A DNA stretch of 64,000 nt, taken from positions 62,153 through 126,152 of the forward strand of contig NIVC01002381.1 in NCBI GenBank assembly GCA_002269645.1. Reading direction: 5' to 3'. The stretch is from Macrostomum lignano (Eukaryota). The translations under genes and the position numbers were made by a program. Shown here one piece after another: positions 29,470-42,435 of the stretch; position 1 is the stretch's first letter; each line of letters starts with the position of its first letter. The notes below the pieces were generated by a model. It saw only the letters and a list, made by a program, of their open reading frames with translations, had not been told where the DNA came from and did not search any database.

Positions 29470-32400
29470 TCAAGTTCTACCTGGAGTACAAGCCTATGCT
29501 GCTCAACGACCTGCTGCAGGTGGGGCTGGGGACTGAATCTGGCATTGCATGATGCCGCTTCATCTTGGGAGATGCAGGAATGAGAGTTATAAGAAGTGTG
29601 AAAAGTGCGAATGTGATAGCATTGAATAGGGTGAGATGGGGATGAGAGAGGGTGAGATAAGATGAGACAGGGTGAGATGAGCTGAGAGAGGGTGAGATGG
29701 GGATAAGAGAGGGTGAGATGGGGATGAGAGAGGGTGAGATAAGATGAGACAGGGTGAGATGAGAGAGGGTGAGATGGGGATGAGAGAGGGTGAGATAAGA
29801 TGAGACAGGGTGAGATGAGATGAGAGAGGGTGAGATGGGGATGAGAGAGGGTGAGATAAGATGAGACAGGGTGAGATGAGATGAGAGAGGGTGAGATGGG
29901 GATGAGAGAGGGTGAGATAAGATGAGAGAGGGTGAGATGGGGATGAGAGAGGGTGAGATGAGATGAGAGAGGGTGAGATGGGGATGAAAGAGGGTGAGAT
30001 GGGGATGAGAGAGGGTGAGATGGAGATGAGAGAGGGTGAGATAGAGATGAGAGAGGGTGAGATGGGGATGAGAGAGGGTGAGATAGGGATGAGATAGGGA
30101 TGAGAGAGGGTGAGATAGGGATGAGAAAGGGTGAGATAGGGATGAGAGAGGGTGAGATGAGGTTGAGAGGGTGAGATAGGGATGAGAGAGGGTGAGATGG
30201 GGATGAAAGAGGGTGAGATGGGGATGAGAGAGGGTGAGATGGAGATGAGAGAGGGTGAGATAGAGATGAGAGAGGGTGAGATGGGGATGAGAGAGGGTGA
30301 GATAGGGATGAGATAGGGATGAGAGAGGGTGAGATAGGGATGAGAAAGGGTGAGATAGGGATGAGAGAGGGTGAGATGAGGTTGAGAGGGTGAGATAGGG
30401 ATGAGAGAGGGTGAGATGGGGATGAGAGAGGGTGAGATATGGATGAGAGAGTGTGAGATTGGGATGAAAAAAAGTGAGAGAGTTGAGAATGAAGCCCGAG
30501 AGAAAAGGACACTCACATGAAAACAAACCGCAGTCCACATCACAGAAAACTCGCACCCCTGCCCAGGTGATGACCCCCCGCCTGGACCACACCCGCACCG
30601 TGAGCTACTTCACCAAGGAGGGCAAGCTGGCCATGGTGAAGCCCTACCTGAAGCAGGTGCAGCAGGTGAACAACAAGCAGGTGAACGAGGCCTTGAACTC
30701 GCTGTACATCCAGGAGGAGGACTTCCAGAGCCTGCGCGCGTCAATTGAGGCGTTTGGCAACTTTGACAACATCGGGCTGGCGCAGAAGTGCGAGAAGCAC
30801 GAGCTGCTGGAGTTCAGGCGCATCGCCGCCCTGCTGTACAAGAGCAACAACCGGTTCGGCCAGAGCGTGGAGCTGTGCAAGCGGGACCGGCTGTACAAGG
30901 ACGCCATGCAGTTCGCCTCGGACTCCAAGGACCCCGAGCTGGCCGCCTCCCTGCTGCAGTGGTTTGTTGACGAGCGCCTGTCGCACTGCTTCGCCGCCTG
31001 CCTGTACCAGTGCTACGACCTGCTGAAGGCCGACCGCGTCCTGGAGCTGGCTTGGAGATTCAACCTGATGGACTTCGCCATGCCGTTCCTCATCCAGGTC
31101 ATGGCTGAGACTCAGAACCGCCTAGATAAGCTGGAGCACGCTGAGGCCGTGCGGGCTGAGCATGATGAGGAGGCTGAGACTGAGCCCAGTCCCATTGTGA
31201 TGCCAGGTGAGTGTCTGATCTCATGGTGAGTGTCTGTCTGATCCCAAGGTTGCTATGCCAGGTGAGTTTCTCATCCCATGGTTGCTATGCCAGGTGAGTT
31301 TCTGATCCCAAGGTTGCTATGCCAGGTGAGTTTCTCATCCCAAGGTTGCTATGCCAGGTGAGTGTCTAATTCCATAGTTGCTATACCAGGTGAGAGTCTG
31401 TCTGATCCCAAGGTTGCTATGCCAGATGAGTGTCTAATCCTATAGTTGCTATGCCAGGTGAGTGTCTAATCCTATAGTTGCTATGCCAGGTGAGTGTCTA
31501 ATCCTATGGTTGCTATGCCAGGTGAGAGTCTGTCTGATCCCATGGTTGCTATGCCAGGTGAGTGTCTAATCCTATGGTTGCTATGCCAGGTGAGAGTCTG
31601 TCTGATCCCATGGTTGCTATGCCAGGTGAGTGTCTAATCCCATGGTTGCTATGCCAGGTGAGTGTCTAATCACAAGGTTGCTATGCCAGGTGAGTGTCTA
31701 ATCCCATGGTTGCTATGCCAGGTGAGTGTCTAATCCCATGGTTGCTATGCCAGGTGAGTGTCGAATCACAAAGTTGCTATGCCAGGTGAGTGTCTAATCA
31801 CAAGGTTGCTATGCCAGGTGAGTGTCTAATCACAAGGTTGCTATGCCAGGTGAGTGTCTAATCCCATGGTTGCTATGCCAGGTGAGTGTCTAATCCCATG
31901 GTTGCTATGCCAGGTGAGTGTCTAATCCCATGGTTGCTATGCCAGGTGAGTGTCTAATCACAAGGTTGCTATGCCAGGTGAGTGTCTAATCACAAGGTTG
32001 CTATGCCAGGTGAGTGTCTAATCCCATGGTTGCTATGCCAGGTGAGTGTCTAATCCCATGGTTGCTATGCCAGGTGAGTGTCTAATCACAAGGTTGCTAT
32101 GCCAGGTGAGTGTCTAATCACAAGGTTGCTATGCCAGGTGAGTGTCTAATCCCATGGTTGCTATGCCAGGTGAGTGTCTAATCCCATGGTTGCTATGCCA
32201 GGTGAGAGTCTGTCTGATCCCACGGTTGCTATCTCAGTTGAGTGTCTGATCCCATGGTTGCTATGCCAGGTGAGCAAAAGTCCCCAATCCCCTATTAATC
32301 CCCTGCTCATCTGTCACCTGGCTGCCATCCAAACTTCTTTCGCCCATCAAAGCGCAGCGATTGAAGGATTTCTGACAGCCAAGACGAATCCCCAGAAGGG

Positions 32401-32691
32401 GGGGGCACTGAAACGAATCCTGTCGGTCGGCCTCGGGCTTGCAAATATCGACACGATAAAGACTTTGCCCACAGGCCTCCCATAGGGAATTTTGATTTCT
32501 ATTACTGGACCCAGGGCGCCTTGGGATTGATGTTATAAGCTATTGCTACTATCAGTAGCATTATTCGGCCCGCCCGCAGCGAACCCCATGCTGATGCTGA
32601 CTGGCCCCGGCCAGCAGGCCATGGCACCGCCGCCCCCGCCGGCATGGGCTACCCGGGCGGCTTCTACCCTGGCGTGCCGCCGCAGTTTTAA
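29470..32691 (+). pseudogene. CLTC: Promoterless duplicate of the CLTC 3' end (last 50 nt of exon 12, exon 13' 30567-31206, exon 14' 32580-32691)
   Basis: Near-identical to 20670-23672. Exon 13' is in frame; exon 14' lacks one G. Confidence 0.9.
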
Positions 32692-35452
32692 TCTAAATTT
32701 AACTGACAATAATAAATAATAAATTAAATACATATCCGCCGCATACTACTGCTGCTGCGCGAGACTACTGCTGAACAAAAATTCTGGCAAAACTTCTGCT
32801 AGCGATTTCAATCAATCAATACTGAACTCGGGTTCGCAGTCGGACACACTGATTAGAGCCATTCCTGTATTGCTACTTGATTTCTTGATCAGAGCTCCCT
32901 GCCTGCGCACCCACTAATCACTGCTTTATACACCTCTGCCCCAGCCAGGTGCAATCCGACTTCCTTTTTGGTCCGTTTTTTTGCTGTCTTCAAGTCTGTC
33001 TGATTCGCAATTTTGGTTTTTTGAGTTTTGTCAGAATTGCAAATTTTATAAATTGATTATTTTGAGTCAATTCTGTGCAGTAGAACTGTTTTTAACTGAT
33101 TAGCGCTTTCTTAGCTGAGTGATTCTTCCCCAGTAATCCCCTTCAATTGGTGCTTTGAAATTCATTTATTCACTGTTTTGTACCTGATTACTATTAGTAA
33201 TATTTTTATTAATTTGTTACTTTTTCCGCACGGACTGTTTAGTGGACATTTAATAAATAATAATGATGATGATAATAGCAACAAATGTTCGCAGGCTCAG
33301 GTGCCAATGGACTTATCGACTCATTCATTTATTATCTGAAAGGTTTCTCCGGCTCTCATCTTGAAGGTCATGAAGAATTGAACTTTGAGGAAAGCCAGGA
33401 AAACGAAAGCCAAAACGAACATTCGCATTTATGACCAAAATTATTAAAGAAAAAATGCGATGTTTGTTTTTGCTTTCGTTTTCCTGGCTTTCCTCAAACG
33501 ATGTACCTTACCTTGACTCTGAATTGAACTTTAAAGTGCACAGTCGGTTGGAGTTTTCCTATGGCGAAACTCTGAAGCCTCTGACAAGTGACGAGAATTG
33601 CTTTTGTCAGCCAAAGTTGAGAATTCCCATTTGCCAGCAGTAGATATGGTCTTGCCCATAGACAGGCAAAAAATGGCCGTCAATCAAATTGATAAATCTG
33701 ATCTTTACTACATGGAAGTAGATGTTTACCGGTTCACTGGTCAGATCGTCATATTCCATTTCGTCATATCGGATGACGAAGTGACCAAATATTTTGTTAT
33801 GCTGGATACTTCGTCATCAACCAATCAGTAAAATGGGGGATGAAAATACCTTTAACGTGGATAACAACCATGCACAAAAACTAAACCGGATCAATTGGTA
33901 TCCTAACTTCGTCATCCACCAATGAGAAAGAAATAGCAAAAAATAGACACCGAGTCTTTTAGATATTAAAAAATTTAAAAATATTTTCTTTGCCATGAAT
34001 TAAAGGATTTTCCACGCAACAGTTTTATACGCACAACGCATATCTTTACAATGCCGGATAAACGTAGACCGCGAAAGTGCAAGAGACAATTGTGTGCTGC
34101 ATGCTCAAAAACCGTGCGCAATGATGATGAAGCCATTTCGTGTGACTCATGCAAGAAATTGCAACGTCGCTGCTGCGGAACAGGTGTGTCGAAAAAAGAC
34201 TACAATGCTAATAATGCAGGATAAATTCACGTGGATGTGCACTGAGTGCCGGATATCCGAAGCAAAATCGCCGCAATCGAATTCGCGATCAGGTCCTGCG
34301 TCCGCTCTGGCAGCTGTGCTGCCGAATTGCCACCGACTTTGCCGCCGTCGACTTCGCCGTCAGGTCCTGCGCTCTCGCAGTCGCCTCCGCTGCCGCCGCC
34401 ACCGACTTCGCTGCCACCTGCGCCTCATCTGGAAGCAGCACTATCGCCGCCACCTGCGCCTCAGTTACTTAAGTATGCATTAATGCCACAACGGTTAGTA
34501 ACGTCTATGGCTCAGCCAGCTACCATTTTGGATGAGCTGTATTCCTTCCATCTAGAACCCGTCCGCCATCCTGCGGCTTTTACTGGAAAATCCAATCGAG
34601 GGTCCTGAGCCGCAAACCGGTAATTTTCCTGCAGCTGGAATAACCAACGGAGTTTTTGATGAGGATCTGCTGGCAAAAGTCATATGAAGTTAAATGAATT
34701 CGTGTTTAAGGATTATTTAGCTTTCTATTAAAAAACCTTCCAATTGCAAAACTATCTAATAAAAATCCTAAAAAAGCAAAGTCCACGGGGGGTGTGTGTG
34801 AGATTTGAGTTAGTGTAAACTATTTTTTGTTTTATTAACTATAAGCTGCGGCAAGCAGAACCGATCCATCGACAGGTTTTATCAATCGAGATGACAAAAT
34901 GACTGGGATCATTAGGATTCCAAGTAAATACGTTTAATTGCCACATTAATTCACTTGGAAGTTGAAACTAACATGATTGGTGGATGACGAAATGACTCTC
35001 TTCAGGTAGTGCATGTTAATTAAGATGACGAAGTGACCCTAGTCGAGGTGAGCACCCCAGACACCTCAGATGAAGAAATGACTAGGAACCACCGACTTAT
35101 ATGAGCTAATAATTTAATTTAATAAATTAATAATCGAGGTATCCTTTGTAGTCAAGTTGTTCCTCCTGAAATTCAGACTGTCGCTCTTTTCATTTCCTTG
35201 CTTTTGGCAGTTGGTTACTATACCGACAAACGCCTACATTCCGTTCCTAAAGGCGATGTAAAATTTAATCGATATTGAGTCTTGACTACGGGCTTCTGAC
35301 TACAGCGCAGACGCCAAATGTTGCCTGTACCAGCAAGTTGGCTGGTTCGGAACCCCTCCCGAAGGGTCTTTGACGTGACCGCTCTTTTTAAGATACTGAA
35401 TGAAACTGATTGAAAAACTTTGATGTCAACAAAGCAGGGCATGCAGCTGCCG

Positions 35453-35896
35453 TCACGTCCTCGAGTTCGGGCAGGGCTCGCACGAGTCGCACTCGGCCAA
35501 AATCGTGCGGTCCTTTTTGACCTCCAGCACTCGGCAGTAGCCTGAGCAGCAGTCCTTGCCGCTCCAGCACCTGGCAGTAGCCTGAGCAGCAGTCCTTGCC
35601 GCTCCAGCACCTGGTGCCGCCTTCTGAGCACGACTTGCTGGATGAGCAGGCCGGTGCCATCTCTAGCTTTGCAGTGAGGAAAATTGTGTATTTGTATAGA
35701 TACTTTATATACTTTATATAGAGTCTTTGGGGTTAATGGCCCTCCTGGGTGCGAATGGCTCAGTATAACCCACCAGAGCCATGCAATACCTGTACTTGAA
35801 AAGAAGTCTCAATTGTCAGTTAATAAATGGCATTGCAAATGCATAAAACAGCTACTCACGCGTAAGAAGAGTTATGATAATCAAAAAGTTGAACAT
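35453..35896 (-). CDS. Knottin-like gene C, duplicate copy
   Basis: Exons 35860-35896 and 35453-35662; the same 40-bp duplication is present. Confidence 0.72.
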
Positions 35897-36841
35897 TTGT
35901 AATTTAGTGAAGAAGATGGAACTGTGTGTGCAAAGTGCAGTTGGATTCGAAGATCGGTGGTACTGAGATCCGGACACTTGGCTGCATGATGATGGAGATG
36001 GATGGAGAATGATAATCAGGCTTAGTTCTGGCTCAACTGCTGCCATAGACGGTAAAGGCCTGACACAAATTGAAGAGACAAAGAGAAGGTTCTGTAGCTG
36101 CCGGCGGAGACTGTCCCGCCAAGCATGGATTTCTTGTCTATGGTAAAAAGTCAAACTTCTCTGTGGCACAGTCAACTGCAAGTGCCAGGGGTTCTCAATT
36201 CCTCTGCAAGACCTGGTCACTAAAATCTCAAGCTTATTTTTTTTACTTGCTGCTTGCTTGGAATAGAACTGCCCTTTTTACGCAGTTATAGAATTTCTAT
36301 TGGATACATGTAATTATTGGTCTGAAAGTTGGTAGCGGAAATGAAAGCTTAGCAATCTCTACACACGGATATATTGCGGCAGAGATCAAAACGGGGTGAA
36401 AAGCACAGGCTGGGCTGGCAGCAGAGATCAAAGCGGGACAGCAGGGTACAGGCTGGGCTGGCGGCAGAGATCAAAGCGGGGCAGCAGGGTACAGGCTGGG
36501 CTGGCGGCAGAGATCAAAGCGGGGCAGCAGGGTACAGGCTGGGCTGGCGGCAGAGATCAAAGCGGGGCAGCAGGGTACAGGCTGGGCTGGCGGCAGAGAT
36601 CAAAGCGGGGCAGCAGGGTACAGGCTGGGCTGGCGGCAGAGATCAAAGCGGGGCAGCAGGGTACAGGCTGGGCTGGCGGCAGAGATCAAAGCGGGGCAGC
36701 AGGGTACAGGCTGGGCTGGCGGCAGAGATCAAAGCGGGGCAGCAGGGTACAGGCTGGGCTGGCGGCAGAGATCAAAGCGGGGCAGCAGGGTACAGGCTGG
36801 GCTGGCGGCAGAGATCAAAGCGGAGCAGCAGGCACAGCAGC

Positions 36842-37166
36842 TCAGGTGCACTCTGCAGTGAACGTCAAGTTCGGCCAGGCCTTGAGCACTCTGCAGTAGT
36901 GTGAGCAGCAGTCTTTGCCCGACCAGCAGCTCACTCCGTTGACCAGACATGGCTCTGTGGCGGGGCAGGCGACTGATGATCTCAAGTCTGCAACAAATTG
37001 AGCGGGTAACGGACTGCTCTTTGTTCATTCTAGTCTTGGTTTTAATTAGGAAATAAAATCGTTATTTACAGTTGATATTAGTCGATAGACTGCCTGAAAA
37101 CTCACAGATTAGCAGTAAAATGAAGAAAGCAAGCAGAAGTGACTTCACGGACTGGTGTATTTTCAT
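36842..37166 (-). CDS. Knottin-like gene B, duplicate copy
   Basis: Exons 37106-37166 and 36842-36987; same peptide as copy 1. Confidence 0.86.
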
Positions 37167-37424
37167 GGCTGCGTGATCAAGTTGGCAAACCTGCAAACTG
37201 ACTTCTTGTGGTGGTCGCTCAAGTGAAGGTGGGTGCCAAAGCGCATGGCACCGAGAAGTAAATAAAAGTCCTTGTCTTGAAATTGTCTGTGGCTGAAAAC
37301 CTGTTTCTTGTAAAAGAACAAGACTCTGCTTTTACAAATCAAAGAGACCATTCTAAATCAGAATTTATTGCAAAAATTTTATATACCGGTATTTAAAGCA
37401 GAAATTTTCAGTGGAAAGAAACCA

Positions 37425-38279
37425 ATGTCTGGCTGGCTTATGTTACTCCTACTGGGCCTCTCCGTCAGCAGCCAACTGATTACATGTGAGTCAGGGAGTT
37501 TTCAATGTCAGCGTTGCGCGCCATCATTGTGTTATGAACTTTCATGTTCTGAATTCGTGTTCTGAATTTATGTGTCCTGAATCTGTGTTCTGAATTCGTG
37601 TTCTGAATTTATGTGTCCTGAATCTGTGTTCTGAATTCGTGTTCTGAATTTGTGTCTTCAATCTGTGTTCTGAATTCGTGTTCTGAATTTGTGTTCAATC
37701 TGTGTTCTGAATTCGTGTTCTGAATTTATGTTCTGAATTCGTGTTCTGAATGATCTTGTTCTGAATTCGTGTTCTGAATTCGTGTTCTGAATTCGTGTTC
37801 TGAATTCGTGTTCTGAATTCGTGTTCTGAATTCGTGTTCTGAATTCGTGTTCTGAATTCGTGTTCTGAATTCGTGTTCTGAATTCGTGTTCTGAATTCGT
37901 GTTCTGAATTCGTGTTCTGAATTCGTGTTCTGAATTCGTGTTCTGAATTCGTGTTCTGAATTCGTGTTCTGAATTCGTGTTCTGAATTCGTGTTCTGAAT
38001 TCGTGTTCTGAATTCGTGTTCTGAATTAGTGTTCTGAATTAGTGTTCTGAATTAGTGTTCTGAATTAGTGTTCTGAATTAGTGTTCTGAATTCGTGTTCA
38101 CGAAGCTTCTTTCCTCCAATCCAGCAGCGCAGGCCTGCAAGTGCCCCAGGGACCACCGCGGCTGCACCCTGAAGCAGGACGGCCAGGTGTGCGGCCGCGG
38201 CAGCGAGTGCTGCTCCCGATGGTGCCGGCTGAGCTCGGTCGCGTCCGGCATTAACAGGCGAGTCTGCGCGTCCTGCTGA
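37425..38279 (+). CDS. Knottin-like gene A, duplicate copy
   Basis: Exons 37425-37485 and 38125-38279; one synonymous CTG/CTA difference in exon 1. Confidence 0.86.
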
Positions 38280-38440
38280 TGAAGCTGAGCTGGCACCAGG
38301 CTCCCGCGGCCTCATCGCTTGGGGGGAAGAAACCGCATCACTAGTGCATGTATTGAATAAGTTCACTGTTTTATACTCTGTTCATTTTAAATACACAAGT
38401 TACCGCAACAAATCAGTACATTTTAGTACAGTAATAATGT

Positions 38441-40676
38441 ACTGAATAGTCTATATAGTCTATGGTCTTCACTGAGTAGTCTATAGTCTATGGTCTTCAC
38501 TGAGTAGTCTCTATATAGTCTATGTTCTTCACTGAATAGTCTATAGTCTATGGTCTTCACTGAGTAGTCTCTATATAGTCTATGTTCTTCACTGAATAGT
38601 CTATAGTCTATGGTCTTCACTGAGTAGTCTCTATATAGTCTATGTTCTTCACTGAATAGTCTATAGTCTATGGTCTTCACTGAATAGTCTCTATATAGTC
38701 TATGGTCTTCACTGAGTAGTCTATAGTCTATGGTCTAACAGTCTATACCTATTGACAAACTCGGCAAATAAAACTTTGTTTAAAAAATTCGTTGCCCACC
38801 TCCGCTTGACTAAATTCCTACATGTACATTATTTTGAGAATTGGTGTTGCCAGGGCCCATTTTATTGCCGCAGGCACTCATTAAATTTAATTTGAATTTC
38901 TGAAAACCTTTCTGCCTTTCTGCAGAGGATAAACTATTTTATCCAATGACTCAAGAAGATTGAGAAAATTCATTAAAGACATAAACAAGCCCCTCTGAAC
39001 TGCCCTGAGGCTCGATTTAAATAAATGAGACAGAAGGCGGTGGTTCTTTGTTATTAATATTTTTAAGAACGAGATAATAATGGGCCAAAGGACTGCAACC
39101 GTTTGATTGCGGGTGCTTTCTATTTATAGCTTTTTGATGATGATGGGACATTCCGGAAGAAAAAATGTTCTAGAAAGAGTAGCGCGGGAATTCGAGTTAC
39201 TGTATTTAGAATTATTTTTATCGTGGAAATTTCTAGAATGAAATGCTTACTACATGGTCAGAAAGTTTGCGAAGGTTCAGTACAAGGTCACTTTGGTACG
39301 AGTGTACCGATAATATGATCTGCTTTACGTCGAGAAACTTAATTATTTAGTAATGGATGATTAAAGTATAATAGCAATTAAAATTAAAAGTTTAAATTAA
39401 AATAAATTTTAAGAAATTAAGATTTTAAAACTAGGATTTTTCATCAAAAGAATAAGTTAATAACAGTAATAGAATAGCAACAAACACTAATTATTTTTTG
39501 TAATTTTTCCTTCATTGTACTATAGCCTTAAATAACATTTTTAAATATGAAAATCAGCACCCTCTGCGCAAATTTTTAATAACAATATTTGTTGTTAATA
39601 TGTACGCTCGTAAGTACGGTTGAATTTTTAAAAGAGCGCTTCGAATCACTTCGTACTGACCTGCTTGAGGAAATTTTCCAGGCTGAACAAATTCGATTTT
39701 TGCAGTGTCCACAGCGTTTGTTCATGCACACTATGCGGCTTGCGGCAACGATCCATTTTGTGACCAGCATCAGGTGCGATGCAGAGTTGATCCTGCCTGG
39801 CATTTGGACGGCAGTCTCGAATTCGAAGCCATTTCGAGTTTCCCTTCTTGGCCACCAACAGCCAGGACTCCTGGCACTCATGCAGACCAGCGGGCCCGAT
39901 GTCCTTTTTCAGTGTATAGTGCACCTGATCCTCCGATTCACAGCAGTTGTCGCTGCCGAGACGCCAGCAATTGCCTTGCTCGATCATCGATGTTGGAAAC
40001 CTGGCCTGCGATTGAAAAGTTTTTTCATAATGACCAGAGGTTTTGGTATAGACTGTTAGACCATAGACTATAGACTATTCAGTGAAGACCATAGACTATA
40101 GAGACTATTCAGTAAAGACCATAGACTATATAGAGACTATTCAGTAAAGACCATAGACTATAGAGACTATTCAGTGAAGACCATAGACTATAGAGACTAT
40201 TCAGTGAAGACCATAGACTATAGAGACTACTCAGTGAAGACCATAGACTATAGAGACTATTCAGTGAAGACCATAGACTATAGAGACTATTCAGTGAAGA
40301 CCATAGACTATAGAGACTATTCAGTGAAGACCATAGACTATATAGAGACTACTCAGTGAAGACCATAGACTATAGAGACTATTCAGTGAAGACCATAGAC
40401 TATAGAGACTATTCAGTGAAGACCATAGACTATAGAGACTATTCAGTGAAGACCATAGACTATAGAGACTATTCAGTGAAGACCATAGACTATAGAGACT
40501 ATTCAGTGAAGACCATAGACTATATAGAGACTATTCAGTGAAGACCATAGACTATAGAGACTATTCAGTGAAGACCATAGACTATAGAGACTATTCAGTG
40601 AAGACCATAGACTATAGAGACTATTCAGTGAAGACCATAGACTATATAGAGACTATTCAGTGAAGACCATAGACTA
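38441..40676. mobile_element. Foldback-like structure: inverted arrays of a 30-bp unit (38441-38749 and 40045-40676) around a 1.3-kb loop
   Basis: Left units (...tagtctatggtcttcactga...) are the reverse complement of right units (...tcagtgaagaccatagacta...). Inner ends agtctatggtctaacagtctatacc and ggtatagactgttagaccatagact match exactly in inverse. Confidence 0.75.
39661..40005 (-). CDS. Orphan 345-nt phase 0-0 exon with a degenerate CCCH-like module resembling ZC3H7/HELZ-type repeats
   Basis: Acceptor ttttcaatcgcag, donor CAG|gtcagt, open frame containing KWLRIRDCRP...QLC...CRKPHSVHEQTLW. The family resemblance is from memory. Confidence 0.45.
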
Positions 40677-40986
40677 AGACCGTGTTAAGTCAATGTCAAT
40701 CAGACTCCAGAAAAAATATACCAATATCTCGCATTCTGGACTTCTGTATTGAAAACAAAGCAATTCTGCTTTTTTCGAAATTGATGCACAAGTTTCTTAC
40801 GCTAAAGCTGTCAGTCCAGTCAGGTATCATAAATTCTACCAGAGACAAACCGACTAGTTTGAGCAAAGTGAGCGAAGTTCTGGCGATCCCACTATTTTCG
40901 TGCGTTCTATATACGACCTAAGTTAAGTTGCTGTCCATGCTTTACGAGTGTAAGTACATGTAGTTTGATGCATTTAGCCACGATTT

Positions 40987-42435
40987 TTAAACGGCTGTTG
41001 AATATAATTTACAATTTACGAGAAAACTCACAGTTTTATCATTTTCTGGCTTAAGATATTCCTTGATCCAATTTTTGTCCAGTTGATCCAGACCGGCTGC
41101 TCCAGATGCTTCCTCAATTTGTCTTCTTTTGTGCTGGGACACAAAACGTAAGCTCGGTAGCCGCTCAGCTGCCTCCTTCATCCGGCGAATGCCCTCGGCG
41201 GGATCTTGGCCGCTGACCAGGAGAAAGCGGCCGAACTCGAACCGGACGTGAAGCCTCGTCTTGTTGCTGTCTGCAGCAGCCTGCTCTTCGAGGGCTTCGT
41301 ATCTCTCACGAAGTTCGACCTTGTCGACAGCTTCTTCATTCTCATTCAGACCCAGCAGCCTCAGCTGGGCCCAGGTGTTTGTTAGATCGACTTTTTGCAG
41401 CAAGTATCTGGCTTTCTGGATTCTGTCCTCGCCAGCATCTTTTGTTTTGATGAAGTACAGAGCGCACTGGAAAGCGAAATCGCTCTTCAGGAACTCGCTA
41501 TCTGACAGAGTCTCGCCAGTCTTCAAAACCTTCAGCTCCTTGTTCTTGAGCCTTTTCTTGAGAATTTGGTCCTGGTCTCCTTGGATTGGCACTTTCTTCC
41601 ACTGCACCATTTTTGTCAGTCCGCGATAGACTTTGCAGCAGGTGATGTATACCTGGAGGTGCTCGCCTGCAAACTGAACCGCCTCATCTGCCAGCTGCTC
41701 AGACTTGTTGAAATGAACAGCGGAGTACGCGAGGGCCTCAGCGAACCGAGCCAGAAACATCGGGTGCTGGACTTTACATTTGTCCAGAATCCTCTTAGCC
41801 TCATCCCACAGCTCCACTCTTTCCTCTCCAATCTCAGCACTGAGGTCCGCCTGACGCCTCTGCATGGCCATCGCCTCTGCCAGACCGAAGCGCCAGTGGA
41901 AGCTCTGGACCGACTGCTCCAGATGGTGCTCCACCTCCAGCTTCAGGGCCTCCCGGAACGCCTTCGCGGCCTCCTCCAGCTGCTGCCTCCCGAAGCTGAG
42001 CAGAGTCCAGCCTTTGGCGCCCCAGACTGAGGCCCGGACCTGCGGCTTCTGCCACTCATCAGAGAGCTTCTGAAGCATCATCTGCTCTTGCTGCTCATCT
42101 GGGTGGAATTTGTTCATCAGGTGCAGCTCCGTGGCCTCGATCAGGAAGGCCACATCCATGGTTAAAGGTGAATTAGCATTCAAATCCAGCTTTGCTTCGT
42201 TAAGGTACTTCAGACACCGTGCTTCATCACCAGGTTGCTCCAGCATGTGCACGTAGACCAGACTCAGCAGGTGCAGCCCCTTTAGTCCGAGCTGGGTGTC
42301 CATCCTGCCTTGCAAGCTGCTGACGAGTCTGTCGATGCTCTCTGGGCTCTCGGCAAGTTTCGGCCTCCACTGGAAGTGACACGGAACCTCGCCCAGGCTC
42401 TTGAAAGACTCCGCTGGATTGTTGAGTTCCGCCAT
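40987..42435 (-). CDS. IFIT-like tetratricopeptide-repeat protein (482 aa, single coding exon)
   Basis: Start gccATGG at 42435. Motifs PCHFQW (IFIT CHFTW), LHLLSLVYVH, CLKYLNEA, GAKGWTLLSFG...AAKAFREALK, FGLAEA. Length matches IFIT-family proteins. A splice acceptor lies upstream at about 42536. Confidence 0.72.
   Translation of the reverse strand: MAELNNPAESFKSLGEVPCHFQWRPKLAESPESIDRLVSSLQGRMDTQLGLKGLHLLSLVYVHMLEQPGDEARCLKYLNEAKLDLNANSPLTMDVAFLIEATELHLMNKFHPDEQQEQMMLQKLSDEWQKPQVRASVWGAKGWTLLSFGRQQLEEAAKAFREALKLEVEHHLEQSVQSFHWRFGLAEAMAMQRRQADLSAEIGEERVELWDEAKRILDKCKVQHPMFLARFAEALAYSAVHFNKSEQLADEAVQFAGEHLQVYITCCKVYRGLTKMVQWKKVPIQGDQDQILKKRLKNKELKVLKTGETLSDSEFLKSDFAFQCALYFIKTKDAGEDRIQKARYLLQKVDLTNTWAQLRLLGLNENEEAVDKVELRERYEALEEQAAADSNKTRLHVRFEFGRFLLVSGQDPAEGIRRMKEAAERLPSLRFVSQHKRRQIEEASGAAGLDQLDKNWIKEYLKPENDKTVSFLVNCKLYSTAV

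Noticed and set aside
29455-29519. In-frame fusion of knottin A signal exon to the duplicated clathrin tail via junction acceptors
   Set aside because: The available AGs give phase 0 or 2, while the gene A donor is phase 1.
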